DNA from: a virus
DNA length: 64,000 nt
Strand: one strand, 5' to 3'
IMG/VR virus record: IMGVR_UViG_3300023083_000001
Span: 14,199 to 78,198 of that record
The stretch's first letter is position 1; every line of letters starts with the position of its first letter. The notes beneath the pieces were generated by a model, which had not been told where the DNA came from, made no database searches, and was given only the letters and a program-made list of their open reading frames with translations. Of the stretch, positions 37,560 to 47,918 are shown piece by piece. The position numbers and the translations under genes are program-made.

Positions 37560-38105
37560 ATGAATGCTCATGTAGACGTACCTCAGACTTCAGAAGAACC
37601 CACCATTGTGATACACCCAGGTACGTATCAAGGTGTTGATGCGGGAGATAATGCGCGCCGGTTGGTCAAGCTGCGTAAAGCAGCCGTGGTGGCCAGAAAA
37701 GTCTTCTTTCGTACAATCGCACTGGTTGTCGTGTTGAGTCTACTCAGCGTGGCTGCTGCGGCGTACTACGGCTACACCACTCGTGTCGGTGGTTACAAGT
37801 CAGTGGAAACCAAGTGTAGCTTTATGTTGGGTGACCAAGAACTGACCGGTACTCGGATCTACTCGTACCCGTTCCAGGAATACTTCGGTTTCCGTTTGAC
37901 CGACACCAAGCAGATCGAAGAGAAGACTCGCCTCAATACCAACGGCAACCCACTTCAAGTGATCGGCCTGGAAGGCGATACGCATTGGGTGCAGAACATC
38001 GGAATGGGCGAACGTGGTTTCGTTCTACTCAACCACGCCGACAGTTACGTCTTCACCAGCGGTAAGGTTGCAGACGTGGTCAAATATAAATCCTTCTGTA
38101 AGTGA
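37560..38105 (+). CDS. membrane-anchored protein, 181 aa
   Basis: TM segment IALVVVLSLLSVAAAAYYG. Confidence 0.45.
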   Translation: MNAHVDVPQTSEEPTIVIHPGTYQGVDAGDNARRLVKLRKAAVVARKVFFRTIALVVVLSLLSVAAAAYYGYTTRVGGYKSVETKCSFMLGDQELTGTRIYSYPFQEYFGFRLTDTKQIEEKTRLNTNGNPLQVIGLEGDTHWVQNIGMGERGFVLLNHADSYVFTSGKVADVVKYKSFCK

Positions 38106-38112
38106 GAACATC

Positions 38113-38529
38113 ATGACCGTAGATAACTCGCTATACCCTGACCTGATCGAGGAAGCCTACCCTCTGGAAGAATGCATCCGTCATTTGGAAGCGCATTACA
38201 CCAACCTTAACAGTTACGAAGACGGTGTCCCACACCACGTCAAGTACGCTGCTAATCGCCGCATTGCTTGCGCTGCGAACCGTTACGGTAAGTATATCGT
38301 CACCGGGGCCCGTCATCATGATTCCATGATGCGTATCCAGATCATGGCGATAGGTGCGGATCGACTATGGGCGTTGGCTGGTGGACGTCATAGGGAAGAA
38401 CAAGGCTTCGTGGATCAATGGGGTATCTTCCTCACCCGTGAAGAAGCCTGGGTGGTTGCGGAAGCAGCGGGGCAGATCAAAGACCGTACCTTCGGTCACG
38501 GCACCTTGTTCTCCGAGAACTATTTATAA
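38113..38529 (+). CDS. hypothetical protein
   Basis: ATG 38113; the track ORF starts at 38014. Confidence 0.45.
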   Translation: MTVDNSLYPDLIEEAYPLEECIRHLEAHYTNLNSYEDGVPHHVKYAANRRIACAANRYGKYIVTGARHHDSMMRIQIMAIGADRLWALAGGRHREEQGFVDQWGIFLTREEAWVVAEAAGQIKDRTFGHGTLFSENYL

Positions 38530-38541
38530 CAAGAGGTTTGC

Positions 38542-38790
38542 ATGACGAACAAAGTTGAAGGTGTCGAGAACGTCACCGCCTTCCTCAGTGCATTGGTTGA
38601 TGTTGGACAACTCACAGCCGATGCAGCTAAACAGTTGGTGGCTTTAGCCACTGACGGCGTTACACGCTTTACCGCCCAGGTGATCACTGTAGGTACTAAA
38701 CAGGAAGTGATGGTGGAGACAGACAATCGTTTCCCGTACTACTTCCCGTTGCGTGCAGTGAAACCCATCCCTCAAATAGACCCACAGTAA
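38542..38790 (+). CDS. hypothetical protein, 82 aa
   Basis: ORF track. Confidence 0.45.
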   Translation: MTNKVEGVENVTAFLSALVDVGQLTADAAKQLVALATDGVTRFTAQVITVGTKQEVMVETDNRFPYYFPLRAVKPIPQIDPQ

Positions 38791-38799
38791 GGAAGTCCC

Positions 38800-39819
38800 A
38801 TGGATCTTAAGAACCTGTATATACACACGCCTGGCTACGTTGACAAGAAATCAAAGTACGCCGTTTTCGCTGTCCAGTACACCGGTCCAGAATCGGTGCC
38901 AGAGGACATGAGTACCGATTTCGCCAAGTTGGTCAATCAATTCATGCCTGAGTACGACGAGGCGTATAAACAGGTTTTCCCAGACGGCGCGTTGCTGGTG
39001 ACTCTGAATGAGGACTGGGTATTTATCCATCCGACCGATTGGTTAGTACGATCCACGGTTGATGGACCTGCGCGTATTTACACCGATGACAGCTTCACTG
39101 CATTGCACACGTCGGCAGCAGCCCTCAACACCCCAACCGCTGAAGAGCAACTCGCTCATGTACCGTCGGCACTGTCGCGTGCTAACGCGGTTAATCCAAA
39201 TGTTGCTGTCGGCGACGTTGCGGTTACTGCGTTGATCGAAAGACTCGTCGCTGAAGGTCGTCTTGAATTAGACAGGGCTACATTCAGCATCTGGGATCTT
39301 CCGCATTGGGAAGGGGTAATCAGTGCTCGAATCGTTGAAGTGGTCATCGCCGGCACTGCTCTCGCTGAACTTGAAATCTCGGCTAACGACTGCCAGCCTG
39401 CGTACATCCTGCTGGATGGGCCAGCGATTATCTCCAAAGACAAGCACCACGTCACCGCGGAAGCCGCCTACCCAACGCTTGACGCCGAACACACTCCGCG
39501 TGAATTGACGTTCAATGCACTAAACGACGACTTCGCCGAGTTCGCGCTACTGATGCAAACCAAAGCAGACGAGCTGGGTATCGCTGACGACCATAAGTCT
39601 CTCATGAAAGCCATGGCTGAAGCCCTGACCAATATTGAAGACGATGACGTCCAGATCACAATCGCCGTCTGCGCAATGGGTCTGCATAATCTCGGCGACT
39701 TTACACCGGGTGAGTTGATGGCAGCTGACACACACGACCTGGTAGAACCTGCCGCCGAACCTGGTGGTGACATCGTTGATATCGGCGATGATGAACCGGG
39801 TTCAGCACGCGGCCAGTAA
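38800..39819 (+). CDS. acidic hypothetical protein, 339 aa
   Basis: ORF track. Confidence 0.5.
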   Translation: MDLKNLYIHTPGYVDKKSKYAVFAVQYTGPESVPEDMSTDFAKLVNQFMPEYDEAYKQVFPDGALLVTLNEDWVFIHPTDWLVRSTVDGPARIYTDDSFTALHTSAAALNTPTAEEQLAHVPSALSRANAVNPNVAVGDVAVTALIERLVAEGRLELDRATFSIWDLPHWEGVISARIVEVVIAGTALAELEISANDCQPAYILLDGPAIISKDKHHVTAEAAYPTLDAEHTPRELTFNALNDDFAEFALLMQTKADELGIADDHKSLMKAMAEALTNIEDDDVQITIAVCAMGLHNLGDFTPGELMAADTHDLVEPAAEPGGDIVDIGDDEPGSARGQ

Positions 39820-39849
39820 TTCACGCTACTTCAGATAAGGATAGTTTCC

Positions 39850-40377
39850 GTGGATAAGAAGAATATTTACGTAGTGGTAAAGTCTCCCAATTGGGCTATG
39901 GCTCACTCGGTAGGTGTGGCGATTTCTCTCGGCCTGGCTACGCTGGACATTGAGAACAAACTGGCAGGACCTAATGAGAAGTTGTTGTTCACAGCGGGTT
40001 CTTTGGAAGATGGGGCTGACCACAATGGCCTTATCAAAGGTATCCTGTTTACCGAACACAGTTTGAATCCTCAAACCGATCGCGTTCGCCCAGCTATCCC
40101 CAAAAGCCAGGTGTCGTTGCAACACAATCTACACATCGCAATCGCCGGCTCAGCTAACTCCGGTAAAACGTCGGCCAGATGTTTGATCGGCTCGCTACTC
40201 GATCTTCATTACGAAACCATCTTCCCGTTCATCGACATTACGCTTGATGGGATGGAAAAGTATCCTGATGAAAATCTGCGTCTTTTCCTGACTTCACCAG
40301 AACACGTGACAAAGATGCGCGATAAGATCATCGTCAACATCATCCCACAACAACTGATCACCTTTGAGATTATCTGA
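39850..40377 (+). CDS. hypothetical protein, 175 aa
   Basis: ORF track. Confidence 0.5.
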   Translation: MDKKNIYVVVKSPNWAMAHSVGVAISLGLATLDIENKLAGPNEKLLFTAGSLEDGADHNGLIKGILFTEHSLNPQTDRVRPAIPKSQVSLQHNLHIAIAGSANSGKTSARCLIGSLLDLHYETIFPFIDITLDGMEKYPDENLRLFLTSPEHVTKMRDKIIVNIIPQQLITFEII

Positions 40378-40390
40378 GTCAGTTGTAAGC

Positions 40391-40436
40391 GGCATACAAC
40401 CACCGGGGTCATTCCCGGTGGTCTGTTCTTTTTTTG
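40391..40436 (+). terminator. rho-independent terminator
   Basis: CATACAACCACCGGG-GTCATTC-CCGGTGGTCTG followed by T7. Confidence 0.7.
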
Positions 40437-40463
40437 TATTTAATTGTGGTCATACATTACCCC
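40434..40463 (+). promoter_or_regulatory. conserved promoter-like box TTGTATTTAATTGTGGTCATACATT
   Basis: copy of the motif seen at 3757, 49797, 50490 and 58861. Confidence 0.4.
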
Positions 40464-40493
40464 TAGGAGTACCAACCATTAGGAATAAGGCGC

Positions 40494-40991
40494 ATGTACG
40501 ATATCATGGACGCTATGTTGATCATGGCGCTTCACGCTAGTAAGAAACCCAGTGTCAAAGAATTCAAACGGGAAGCCTTCAAGCTTTCGAAGAAATGCAC
40601 ACCGGCGGTACAAGCTGGATTCATGGCGGTATTACAAGTCGCTCCTAATCCGATTGACACGATGTACTTTCACGTTGAACAGTTCCTGGATCTTCTGACT
40701 TGTTCTTCAGAAGTTTCCAAGATGGGGAATGATTGCATCGGCCTCGTCGTTCACGACTTCCAGGCGTATCCTGTCAGGATAACATTCTCAGCCGAGACCC
40801 TGAAAGAGCAACAAGCTGATGCTACTTGGTTAATGCAGAACGAGTTATCGTTGACGACCCGTATCGTTCAACAATCCTTGAAGGCACTCAACCTGACCAA
40901 GATTACGTGCAGAGTTCTTCTATTTAATAACCGCGGCTTCTCAGGAGTCCTGGTTCCATTTAACAATGTTGGGGGTGAGGTATGGATCTGA
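40494..40991 (+). CDS. hypothetical protein, 165 aa
   Basis: ORF track. Confidence 0.5.
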   Translation: MYDIMDAMLIMALHASKKPSVKEFKREAFKLSKKCTPAVQAGFMAVLQVAPNPIDTMYFHVEQFLDLLTCSSEVSKMGNDCIGLVVHDFQAYPVRITFSAETLKEQQADATWLMQNELSLTTRIVQQSLKALNLTKITCRVLLFNNRGFSGVLVPFNNVGGEVWI

Positions 40992-41159
40992 ATGAAATGC
41001 GCGAGATGCATGAGCGTCAGCGGCAGTTTACGGTCAAGCAAGACATTATTGTCGTGACAGCCAAACAACCTGAGTCCGGCAAGATTCAATACAACGGCCA
41101 GGTAATTATGCCAGCTGTCCCTTCGGTAGTCGATTACATTGGCTTGCTCTGCGTCTAAC
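40983..41159 (+). CDS. possible small protein, 58 aa
   Basis: ATG after GGTGAGGT; under 60 aa so not in the track. Confidence 0.3.
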
Positions 41160-41179
41160 GTTTTATAGTTTAGGAGATC

Positions 41180-41340
41180 ATGATGAGCAATGGCCTGATT
41201 ACTCTGGGTGATGTACTTGACGTTGAGTCGTTTGACCTGATGGAAGAACTCAACCAGATGCGCAGGGAGGTGGTTGATCCCATCGACTTCGATCTGGATC
41301 GTTTCAACGAGATCATGGATCAGCTGTGGGGAACTGAGTA
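41180..41340 (+). CDS. possible small acidic protein, 53 aa
   Basis: AGGAG SD; TAATG overlap with the next gene. Confidence 0.35.
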
Positions 41341-41631
41341 ATGAACCTTCAGACGATCATGATCGGTGCAGCCATCTGGGCTGCTGGCACCATGTTACTG
41401 GTGGCTGTGGAATCCAAATTTCTGCGACATGATAAAGAAGCGTTAAATCAGCTTCCTTACTTTTGGCGCAAGCACTGGGACCACCTCCTGGCTGCGGCTA
41501 TCTATCTTTGGCCTGTGGTGGTGTGGTTTCTACTCCACTACCTTGCCGGACACTACATCCTGCGCTTGATTGAGATCACTATTGATTATCTTGATCAGCG
41601 TAAATTGAATAAAGGGGTTAAGCGTGTATAA
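41341..41631 (+). CDS. small membrane protein
   Basis: ORF track; hydrophobic segments. Confidence 0.4.
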   Translation: MNLQTIMIGAAIWAAGTMLLVAVESKFLRHDKEALNQLPYFWRKHWDHLLAAAIYLWPVVVWFLLHYLAGHYILRLIEITIDYLDQRKLNKGVKRV

Positions 41632-42124
41632 AGTCGTTATCAATAAACAGATTGGTGGTTTCGGTTTTGGTAACGAGGCGGAGGCTTTCATTGCCGCGTT
41701 ACTCGAGTGCGAAGAACTCAGCTCCTGGGTTGATCGTCCTGACGTGGAATACGAACTCGATCCAGTCGACCGTATCTACTTTGCAAACATCCCACGTCAT
41801 CATCCTGCGCTTATTAAGTTGGTGGAGGAGCATCGTAACTCACTCGAAGGTCAATATGAAGTGGTGGAGTTGATCTACCCGACGTACTCCATCTTCGACG
41901 ATGGTCGTGGTGTGGAATACATCTCGGTTATTTCCTCGCATCAGTTCGATGCACGAATCATCCCTAAGGAAGGTGAGGTAGAGTACCATCCAAGTTCACT
42001 GGTCCCGATCGGTGAGTTGCAAGCGTTAGTGGACTCGTGCGGTAAGTCGTTCCATGGCGTTTCCGCTTACCAGCTCACTCAGGACCTCGTTGCCTTGATT
42101 GTCAAATACACCCCAGGAGTATAA
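41624..42124 (+). CDS. hypothetical protein, 166 aa
   Basis: ORF track. Confidence 0.5.
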   Translation: MYKVVINKQIGGFGFGNEAEAFIAALLECEELSSWVDRPDVEYELDPVDRIYFANIPRHHPALIKLVEEHRNSLEGQYEVVELIYPTYSIFDDGRGVEYISVISSHQFDARIIPKEGEVEYHPSSLVPIGELQALVDSCGKSFHGVSAYQLTQDLVALIVKYTPGV

Positions 42125-42126
42125 AG

Positions 42127-42417
42127 ATGGACACCTCTCCGCCGACTGTCATCGACAAAGATAAATCAGACCTGTTCAGAAAAGACGGTGTGGTTTATAG
42201 CTACAAAGGTATCGCTCACGAGCGTGGTCTCAACGACACGGTCATCAAGTTCCACCTCCTGCTGAATCACAATACCAATGAGTTCTGGTTGGAAGACAAC
42301 GAGGGGATCTTGGATTACCGCCAATTGACCAAGGAAGAAGAACATACTTACCGTTACGGAAAGAATACAACGGTTATAAACTGTCGGCGTAAGCCGTTGG
42401 CTAGCGTTAAACTGTAG
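42127..42417 (+). CDS. hypothetical protein, 96 aa
   Basis: ORF track. Confidence 0.45.
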   Translation: MDTSPPTVIDKDKSDLFRKDGVVYSYKGIAHERGLNDTVIKFHLLLNHNTNEFWLEDNEGILDYRQLTKEEEHTYRYGKNTTVINCRRKPLASVKL

Positions 42418-42478
42418 AAACTTACAGCTAATCAATAGTTTATGTAACAGACGCATCGATCGTTAGTAAGGATACTAC

Positions 42479-42739
42479 ATGGAGCTACTCCTTTGGTGTT
42501 TGGTTCCTCTACTGATCGGTTTCATGATTCTCACTTCCTGGTGCACTCGGGTTAGTATCTCTGCGACGTACGTTTTGCCACAAGCGTCGGTGGTACTGCT
42601 CAGCATTAAGGAACGTGGTCATTCGTATACGGTAGGCTTCTGGGGCCTACACGAGCGGGTTGATTACTTGATGAGAACTAGATTGATCGGTACGCCTCAA
42701 GCTGACACGACCCTAACCTCAGGGCACAGGTCCCTGTAA
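42479..42739 (+). CDS. small membrane protein
   Basis: ORF track; hydrophobic N-terminus. Confidence 0.35.
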   Translation: MELLLWCLVPLLIGFMILTSWCTRVSISATYVLPQASVVLLSIKERGHSYTVGFWGLHERVDYLMRTRLIGTPQADTTLTSGHRSL

Positions 42740-43067
42740 GGTGAAGTAGTAGGGATAAAGTAATCACAGTAAGTGTTGGAACACCCCTCCAGTACAGCTC
42801 CCTGGTTACAGACCCACCAAAGAGACGGGATGACCGCTCACCCAAGATAACGACGACAGTTGTCGTCACGGCACAGCCCTGCTCCCCTGACCTATTGCTG
42901 GTTACGAGTACTCTGTGTAGATGTACGGTTCAAGTGTCCCCCTATATATCGCCACTAGCCCTCTAGCGCCGCCAGATTAATTACCTGGAAGAACGGATAT
43001 GGCAAGTCGATCACTATAGGGGTCATTTTCTTTTCTTTATGCTGTATCTTTATTTAGGAGAGTCTGT

Positions 43068-43436
43068 ATGAACGCTGTAACTTTGGAAGAACAAAGCTAC
43101 GCAATAGAACTGCTGTTCCCTCAACCGGGAGACCAGGCGTTCTTTAACGAACACATCCTGCACAGTATCGCTGGTACTCTGGCCAAGCTGGCGATGGTGA
43201 CTGTCGAACGATTTTCCAAACAAGAAGAGATGTTCATCGCTGTCTTGCGTGAAATATTCATGATGAAGTTCTCCAAAGACCAAGTAGTCTCGTTCAGCGG
43301 TAAATACCATCAGAACCATGACGAACTCGGCCCTCATTACGATCTCGGACTACGCTTGGGTGAAGGGATGGATGCCATCTACCCGGTGCGGGTCACATTC
43401 CTCCAGACCCCCAAGCAAACCACAACTGTACATTAA
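43068..43436 (+). CDS. hypothetical protein, 122 aa
   Basis: AGGAGAG SD; ORF track. Confidence 0.5.
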   Translation: MNAVTLEEQSYAIELLFPQPGDQAFFNEHILHSIAGTLAKLAMVTVERFSKQEEMFIAVLREIFMMKFSKDQVVSFSGKYHQNHDELGPHYDLGLRLGEGMDAIYPVRVTFLQTPKQTTTVH

Positions 43437-43455
43437 TTACCAATGGACTAAGCAG

Positions 43456-43881
43456 ATGCATCTCCAACGCCGGATACTGTACATCGTCACAACGTTACTC
43501 CTCATTATCTGCTGTTGGTACTGGGTCAGTAACGATTACATGACTTCCCGTGACTACACGGTCAAGATGGTCGACAAGTTCAAAGAAGAACGCTGCCACA
43601 AAAGCAGCTGCAATCTCTATCTGAAAGGTTTGTTTAGAACCGAAGACGGAGACTTCTTTGATCTGGATCTGACCATGGCTTCTTACACCCGGCTACATCC
43701 CGGTGATGAAGCAGTCTTTGATCTCAGACCGTTCGATATAAAACAAACCCCCAGAGAGAACCTGTTGTACTTCTTTGGTCCGGTGATCGTTTATTCACTA
43801 GCCCTCAGTGCCATTTTATGGTCGGTGGTATGTGTTATCGTTGAACGAAAGGACGCTAAAGTCAAGAAGGAATCCAAATGA
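43456..43881 (+). CDS. membrane protein with N- and C-terminal TM segments
   Basis: ATG 43456 within track ORF 43318..43881. Confidence 0.45.
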   Translation: MHLQRRILYIVTTLLLIICCWYWVSNDYMTSRDYTVKMVDKFKEERCHKSSCNLYLKGLFRTEDGDFFDLDLTMASYTRLHPGDEAVFDLRPFDIKQTPRENLLYFFGPVIVYSLALSAILWSVVCVIVERKDAKVKKESK

Positions 43882-43911
43882 AATGAATAGACACCCCTAG
43901 AGGCGATCATC

Positions 43912-44451
43912 GTGACAGACTGGAACCCTGAGTTTACACCCAGTTTCACACCGCAGGAGATGCTGGAGAAAGGCGTCTTCGAAGGTAAGTACATCAACAG
44001 CGTCAAAGGGGTTCCAGTCTCTTGGAAGAAGTCCCCTAAAGTCTTGGGTCCTAAAGACGAACCGGACATCTCTCTGAACTTCTACGGTGAGAAGTCACGT
44101 CAACCTCTATCCGTCTGGAAAGCCAATGGTTGGATCAAGACAGATAAGAGCGCCTGGTTTGAATGGTTTTGTCACTACTTTCAAGGGAGGCGTCTAGGCG
44201 CTGAAGATGACTGGCAGATCGGGCGATGGAAAAGCTTTGTAGCCAGACACATGGGGCAGATCAAAGCCAACTGTAGCCTCACCGATAACAAGTGTCGACC
44301 TACCCAACGCCAAGGTCTGTTGCAATGGGCGTGGGATTCATCGACACCGTTTAACGAAGAACAACGCAAGAAGAACCTGACTCGGATCTTAAGTAAGTCA
44401 GGTGCCAAGAAAGCGGAGCCTTCTACCGAATCCAAAGTGTTCCAATGGTAA
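43912..44451 (+). CDS. hypothetical protein, 179 aa
   Basis: ORF track. Confidence 0.5.
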   Translation: MTDWNPEFTPSFTPQEMLEKGVFEGKYINSVKGVPVSWKKSPKVLGPKDEPDISLNFYGEKSRQPLSVWKANGWIKTDKSAWFEWFCHYFQGRRLGAEDDWQIGRWKSFVARHMGQIKANCSLTDNKCRPTQRQGLLQWAWDSSTPFNEEQRKKNLTRILSKSGAKKAEPSTESKVFQW

Positions 44452-44532
44452 CGTCGATCAGCGCAGGACACCCTGCGCTGTCTATGCCGTAAATGTGTTT
44501 TACTAATATTTTCTTTGCTGAGATGTAGGGGA

Positions 44533-44787
44533 ATGAAAATGCATACACGAATCACACAACTCACCCTATCAAGAGAAGTGGGGAATCACAGCGGTTATTT
44601 CACCATCTGCCGAGCGTTGCAAGAAGTAGGTATCCGAGTAACCGATAAAGAAGTGGTTGTTGATGTGAAACGGTTCCATGATGAAAACCGTACGTTTGAT
44701 CTCGAGATCACCGAGAACACCGTACACTACACTCGTCTTACTGGTGATGAAGCCATCGTCATCACTGTTAACTTAAGGGAGCTTTGA
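44533..44787 (+). CDS. hypothetical protein
   Basis: ATG 44533 within track ORF 44515..44787. Confidence 0.4.
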   Translation: MKMHTRITQLTLSREVGNHSGYFTICRALQEVGIRVTDKEVVVDVKRFHDENRTFDLEITENTVHYTRLTGDEAIVITVNLREL

Positions 44788-44790
44788 CGT

Positions 44791-45366
44791 ATGAATCAAG
44801 CTGAACGTAATGCTGTCCACGTTTTCAACCCAGAAGCTGGGGATATGTGGTACGACGGTCAACGGGGCGAACAATGTTGTTTGGTTCTCCGTGCATTGGA
44901 CAACGGGAACGTGGTGATCACGACTAAATGTATCACCACGCCTTTCGGTTGGGAGTGGGATATTTCTAAGGCCGCTGAAGTAGAAGGTCGTGACTTTGAA
45001 AACTTCGTCTCGGGCTCTGGTGCAGATGTCTCAATGAACCCAGGACACAGCCTGATTCAAGAATGGAATGCCGAAGGTAGTCAATACCAACCGTTACCTG
45101 AACCATACGTCGATAAACGCATTACACGTCGGTACCTGCATGAACTCCGTCAGCGCGGATACGTGGCGAGGAAAAGTGACAAGGGTAATTACCTGGACGG
45201 TAATCACTTGATGTGGATGCTCAACAGCATTCATTTCAACCTCGTGTCATCCCAGACCAAAGCTCACCGGTGGCTCGGATTTGTTCAATGTGCCCTGTGT
45301 GTTCTAAACGTCACCACTGTAGACGGTGAGCGTGAGTTCACACGCGCCATCTTCAACGGCAAATAA
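44791..45366 (+). CDS. hypothetical protein, 191 aa
   Basis: ORF track. Confidence 0.5.
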   Translation: MNQAERNAVHVFNPEAGDMWYDGQRGEQCCLVLRALDNGNVVITTKCITTPFGWEWDISKAAEVEGRDFENFVSGSGADVSMNPGHSLIQEWNAEGSQYQPLPEPYVDKRITRRYLHELRQRGYVARKSDKGNYLDGNHLMWMLNSIHFNLVSSQTKAHRWLGFVQCALCVLNVTTVDGEREFTRAIFNGK

Positions 45367-45395
45367 GTAACAATCATCTCAACGAGGAAAAACGC

Positions 45396-45683
45396 TTGAA
45401 ACGGTTCTGGTTCAGAAACTGGCATTACATTTTAGCCTTTGTTATAGCGGGGTCGATTATTGCAGCTCAGGTGTATGCTGGCCGGGATGCGGACGTACGT
45501 GCAATTGCTGCATTGGAAGGAGCAGGTTACACTGAGGTTAAACTCAGTGGACAACGGTGGTGGGGGTGTGGTAGTGCCGAATATATGAACTATGGCTTCA
45601 TTGCCAAAGGTCCTACCGGTAAGACCGTCATGGGTGTCGCTTGCTCTGGCATGTCCAAATATACAACAATACGTTTGCACTAA
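45396..45683 (+). CDS. membrane-anchored small protein
   Basis: N-terminal TM segment ILAFVIAGSIIAAQVYA. Confidence 0.4.
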   Translation: MKRFWFRNWHYILAFVIAGSIIAAQVYAGRDADVRAIAALEGAGYTEVKLSGQRWWGCGSAEYMNYGFIAKGPTGKTVMGVACSGMSKYTTIRLH

Positions 45684-45693
45684 GGAACCCGTC

Positions 45694-46065
45694 ATGTCCA
45701 AAGACACCGTTATTCTCATCAATCCACGCAAGTCCATCAAGGACGCCTTCATTAACTCAGACGTGCACTTGTACTTGCCAGTGGATGATAAGGGTAACGT
45801 AGTAGACCCCAGTAAGGCCCGACGGTTGGAGTGTTGGGTGAGTGTGTCTGCTATTGCACAGGCTGCATTGCCAGAAGTCTTCGGTGATGATAAAGCCGGA
45901 ATCAGTAACGCTCTCCTGTGGAAGAAGGGCGACCATGAGTTTGGCACATTGTCTCGCAGTGTAGCGTTTGGCTCCATCATGAAACTCAATGAATGGCTCC
46001 ACACGTTACACCGCTTACCTGCCAGGGATATTTCCTACTCAAAGGCTTACATCGCCAATCAGTAA
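45694..46065 (+). CDS. hypothetical protein
   Basis: ATG 45694 within track ORF 45592..46065. Confidence 0.5.
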   Translation: MSKDTVILINPRKSIKDAFINSDVHLYLPVDDKGNVVDPSKARRLECWVSVSAIAQAALPEVFGDDKAGISNALLWKKGDHEFGTLSRSVAFGSIMKLNEWLHTLHRLPARDISYSKAYIANQ

Positions 46066-46074
46066 GCGGCATAA

Positions 46075-46116
46075 TGCAGGAGGGCGTTTGCCCTCCTGTT
46101 ACTTTCTTTTATTTTT
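46075..46116 (+). terminator. rho-independent terminator
   Basis: CAGGAGGGC-GTTT-GCCCTCCTG followed by a T-rich tail. Confidence 0.65.
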
Positions 46117-46133
46117 ATCCAGTCGAGGTGGTT

Positions 46134-46433
46134 ATGGATGAAGTCCAAACGTCACATTTCTTCTTTCGCGAAGAATATTGGGACAACACAATCTTTAAAG
46201 GCGCTCCTCCTCTGGAGTTCAGCAACACCTCTACAGACGACGTTAATCTGTTCTTGAACGGTGTACTCAACAAGCGTGTGAAAGACCTGGAGGTTGAGCT
46301 GGTGCGTCCTGAAGACATGCCATTGAATGCTTACGCAGAAGTGATCAACCACACGTTGCTCTACATCGACCCAGACAGCCTGATGATTGTTGTGGGTTGG
46401 TTTGATACCGTGCCGGTGTACTGGCCAACTTAA
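46134..46433 (+). CDS. hypothetical protein
   Basis: ATG 46134 within track ORF 45993..46433. Confidence 0.4.
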   Translation: MDEVQTSHFFFREEYWDNTIFKGAPPLEFSNTSTDDVNLFLNGVLNKRVKDLEVELVRPEDMPLNAYAEVINHTLLYIDPDSLMIVVGWFDTVPVYWPT

Positions 46434-46495
46434 TTATTTACCAGTTCAGTAGCATCTATGTACTGAACCCCTAATTCCCGTAGGATGTATTTCGC

Positions 46496-47206
46496 ATGTC
46501 CGTACTTTCCGATAAGTCAATCAAGAAGTTGTGTCAAGTTCAGACGGTGGCGACCAGTAAGCAGTCGACCAGGTTTTTCGTCGAAACTCTGCGTGACGAC
46601 ATCCAAAGAATGCTAGAGTTTTCAGGTCACAAAGTTTCCGCAGTGACTTCCGAAGACTATGAGGAAATCGGATTTCAACCGATGATCTCTCCGTACTTTG
46701 CCAAGAAGGTGAAGGTCGATGAGCAGGGCAACAAGATTGCCAGTTACGGCCAAAGCTCTGGTGGTTACGATATCCGCTGCGCGCCTGAGTTCAAGTTGTT
46801 CTGTGGTGTCGACGGTGAGCCGATCGATTACAAGAACATCCGTGACGATCAGTTCAAGACCATTCTGGCTGACCAAGTCATTCTGCCGCCCAACAGCTTT
46901 GTGCTGTCGCGCAGTATCGAAAAGATCAAGATGCCGCGTAACGTCATCGCGCTCTGCATTGGTAAGTCCACGCCAGCGCGTGCAGCTATCAGTTGCCTGT
47001 GCACTCCACTGGAACCTGAGTGGGAAGGTTACGTGACGCTGGAGTTTGCCAACACCAGTAACCAACCTGTCATCCTCTACGCCAATGAAGGTGCAGTGCA
47101 GTTGATGTTCCTGTGGTTGGACGAAGAATGTGAACGTGGTTACGCTGCCGATGGTGGCGGTAAGTATCAGAGCCAGTTGCCGGAAATCACGCTACCGCGT
47201 GTTTAA
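46496..47206 (+). CDS. dcd: dCTP deaminase / dUTPase-superfamily protein
   Basis: C-terminal EPEWEGYVTLEFANTSNQPVILYANEGAVQLMF matches the Dcd GWSGCIVLEFYN...LSF region; N-terminus MSVLSDKSI resembles Dcd. Confidence 0.6.
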   Translation: MSVLSDKSIKKLCQVQTVATSKQSTRFFVETLRDDIQRMLEFSGHKVSAVTSEDYEEIGFQPMISPYFAKKVKVDEQGNKIASYGQSSGGYDIRCAPEFKLFCGVDGEPIDYKNIRDDQFKTILADQVILPPNSFVLSRSIEKIKMPRNVIALCIGKSTPARAAISCLCTPLEPEWEGYVTLEFANTSNQPVILYANEGAVQLMFLWLDEECERGYAADGGGKYQSQLPEITLPRV

Positions 47207-47240
47207 TGGATTTTGTAGTACGACGCTGAGGAAAGCGGTG

Positions 47241-47918
47241 ATGATCGATTGGATGAAGAGAAAGATAAGCAGGGGTCAGGTCAAATCCACTGACGCAGTC
47301 GAATATCCGAAAGGACCACCTGAGAAACTTCATCGACATTGTCCACCCATCGTGTTACGCGTGGGGGATGTCAGCAGTATCAGCGACGATAACCACCGCC
47401 AGTTCCTTAGTTACGGTTGGCGTTATGGGAAAGACACTCCTCTAACCCAACCGTTTGACCGCATGATGTTCGAAGGTCTTAACGGCGCCGGTGAATACAT
47501 CGTGCTCGGTGTGACGTTACCTATCCCCGATGGGTTTCATGTACGTGCAGCGCAGGTGGCACAACACGAAGGGATCGATTACTACGGTGATGCGTTGATC
47601 TGTCTTTTCATCCCAGGCGATGTCAGACTCAAAGGCATGTTACGTTCCTCCAGTCACGTCGGTGGTCCTACAACTGAACTGATGGAAATGATTCAATACC
47701 TGGCCATGCGGTTTGAGTCACGCATCATCTCGATCGAAACCGCTCTCGATGGCGACGTGTTGATCCTGTTCTCTCCTTGGAATAAGCAGTACACCTTGGA
47801 GAACTACAACATGCGCTGGAAGGAAGAACGCATCACGAGGGCGTTTGACAATGGACCTCTGGACGATACAGATGGCAAAGTGGAGGATAGCAAGGGATCA
47901 GGAGATACCCTTTCTTGA
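47241..47918 (+). CDS. hypothetical protein
   Basis: ATG 47241 within track ORF 47130..47918. Confidence 0.5.
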   Translation: MIDWMKRKISRGQVKSTDAVEYPKGPPEKLHRHCPPIVLRVGDVSSISDDNHRQFLSYGWRYGKDTPLTQPFDRMMFEGLNGAGEYIVLGVTLPIPDGFHVRAAQVAQHEGIDYYGDALICLFIPGDVRLKGMLRSSSHVGGPTTELMEMIQYLAMRFESRIISIETALDGDVLILFSPWNKQYTLENYNMRWKEERITRAFDNGPLDDTDGKVEDSKGSGDTLS

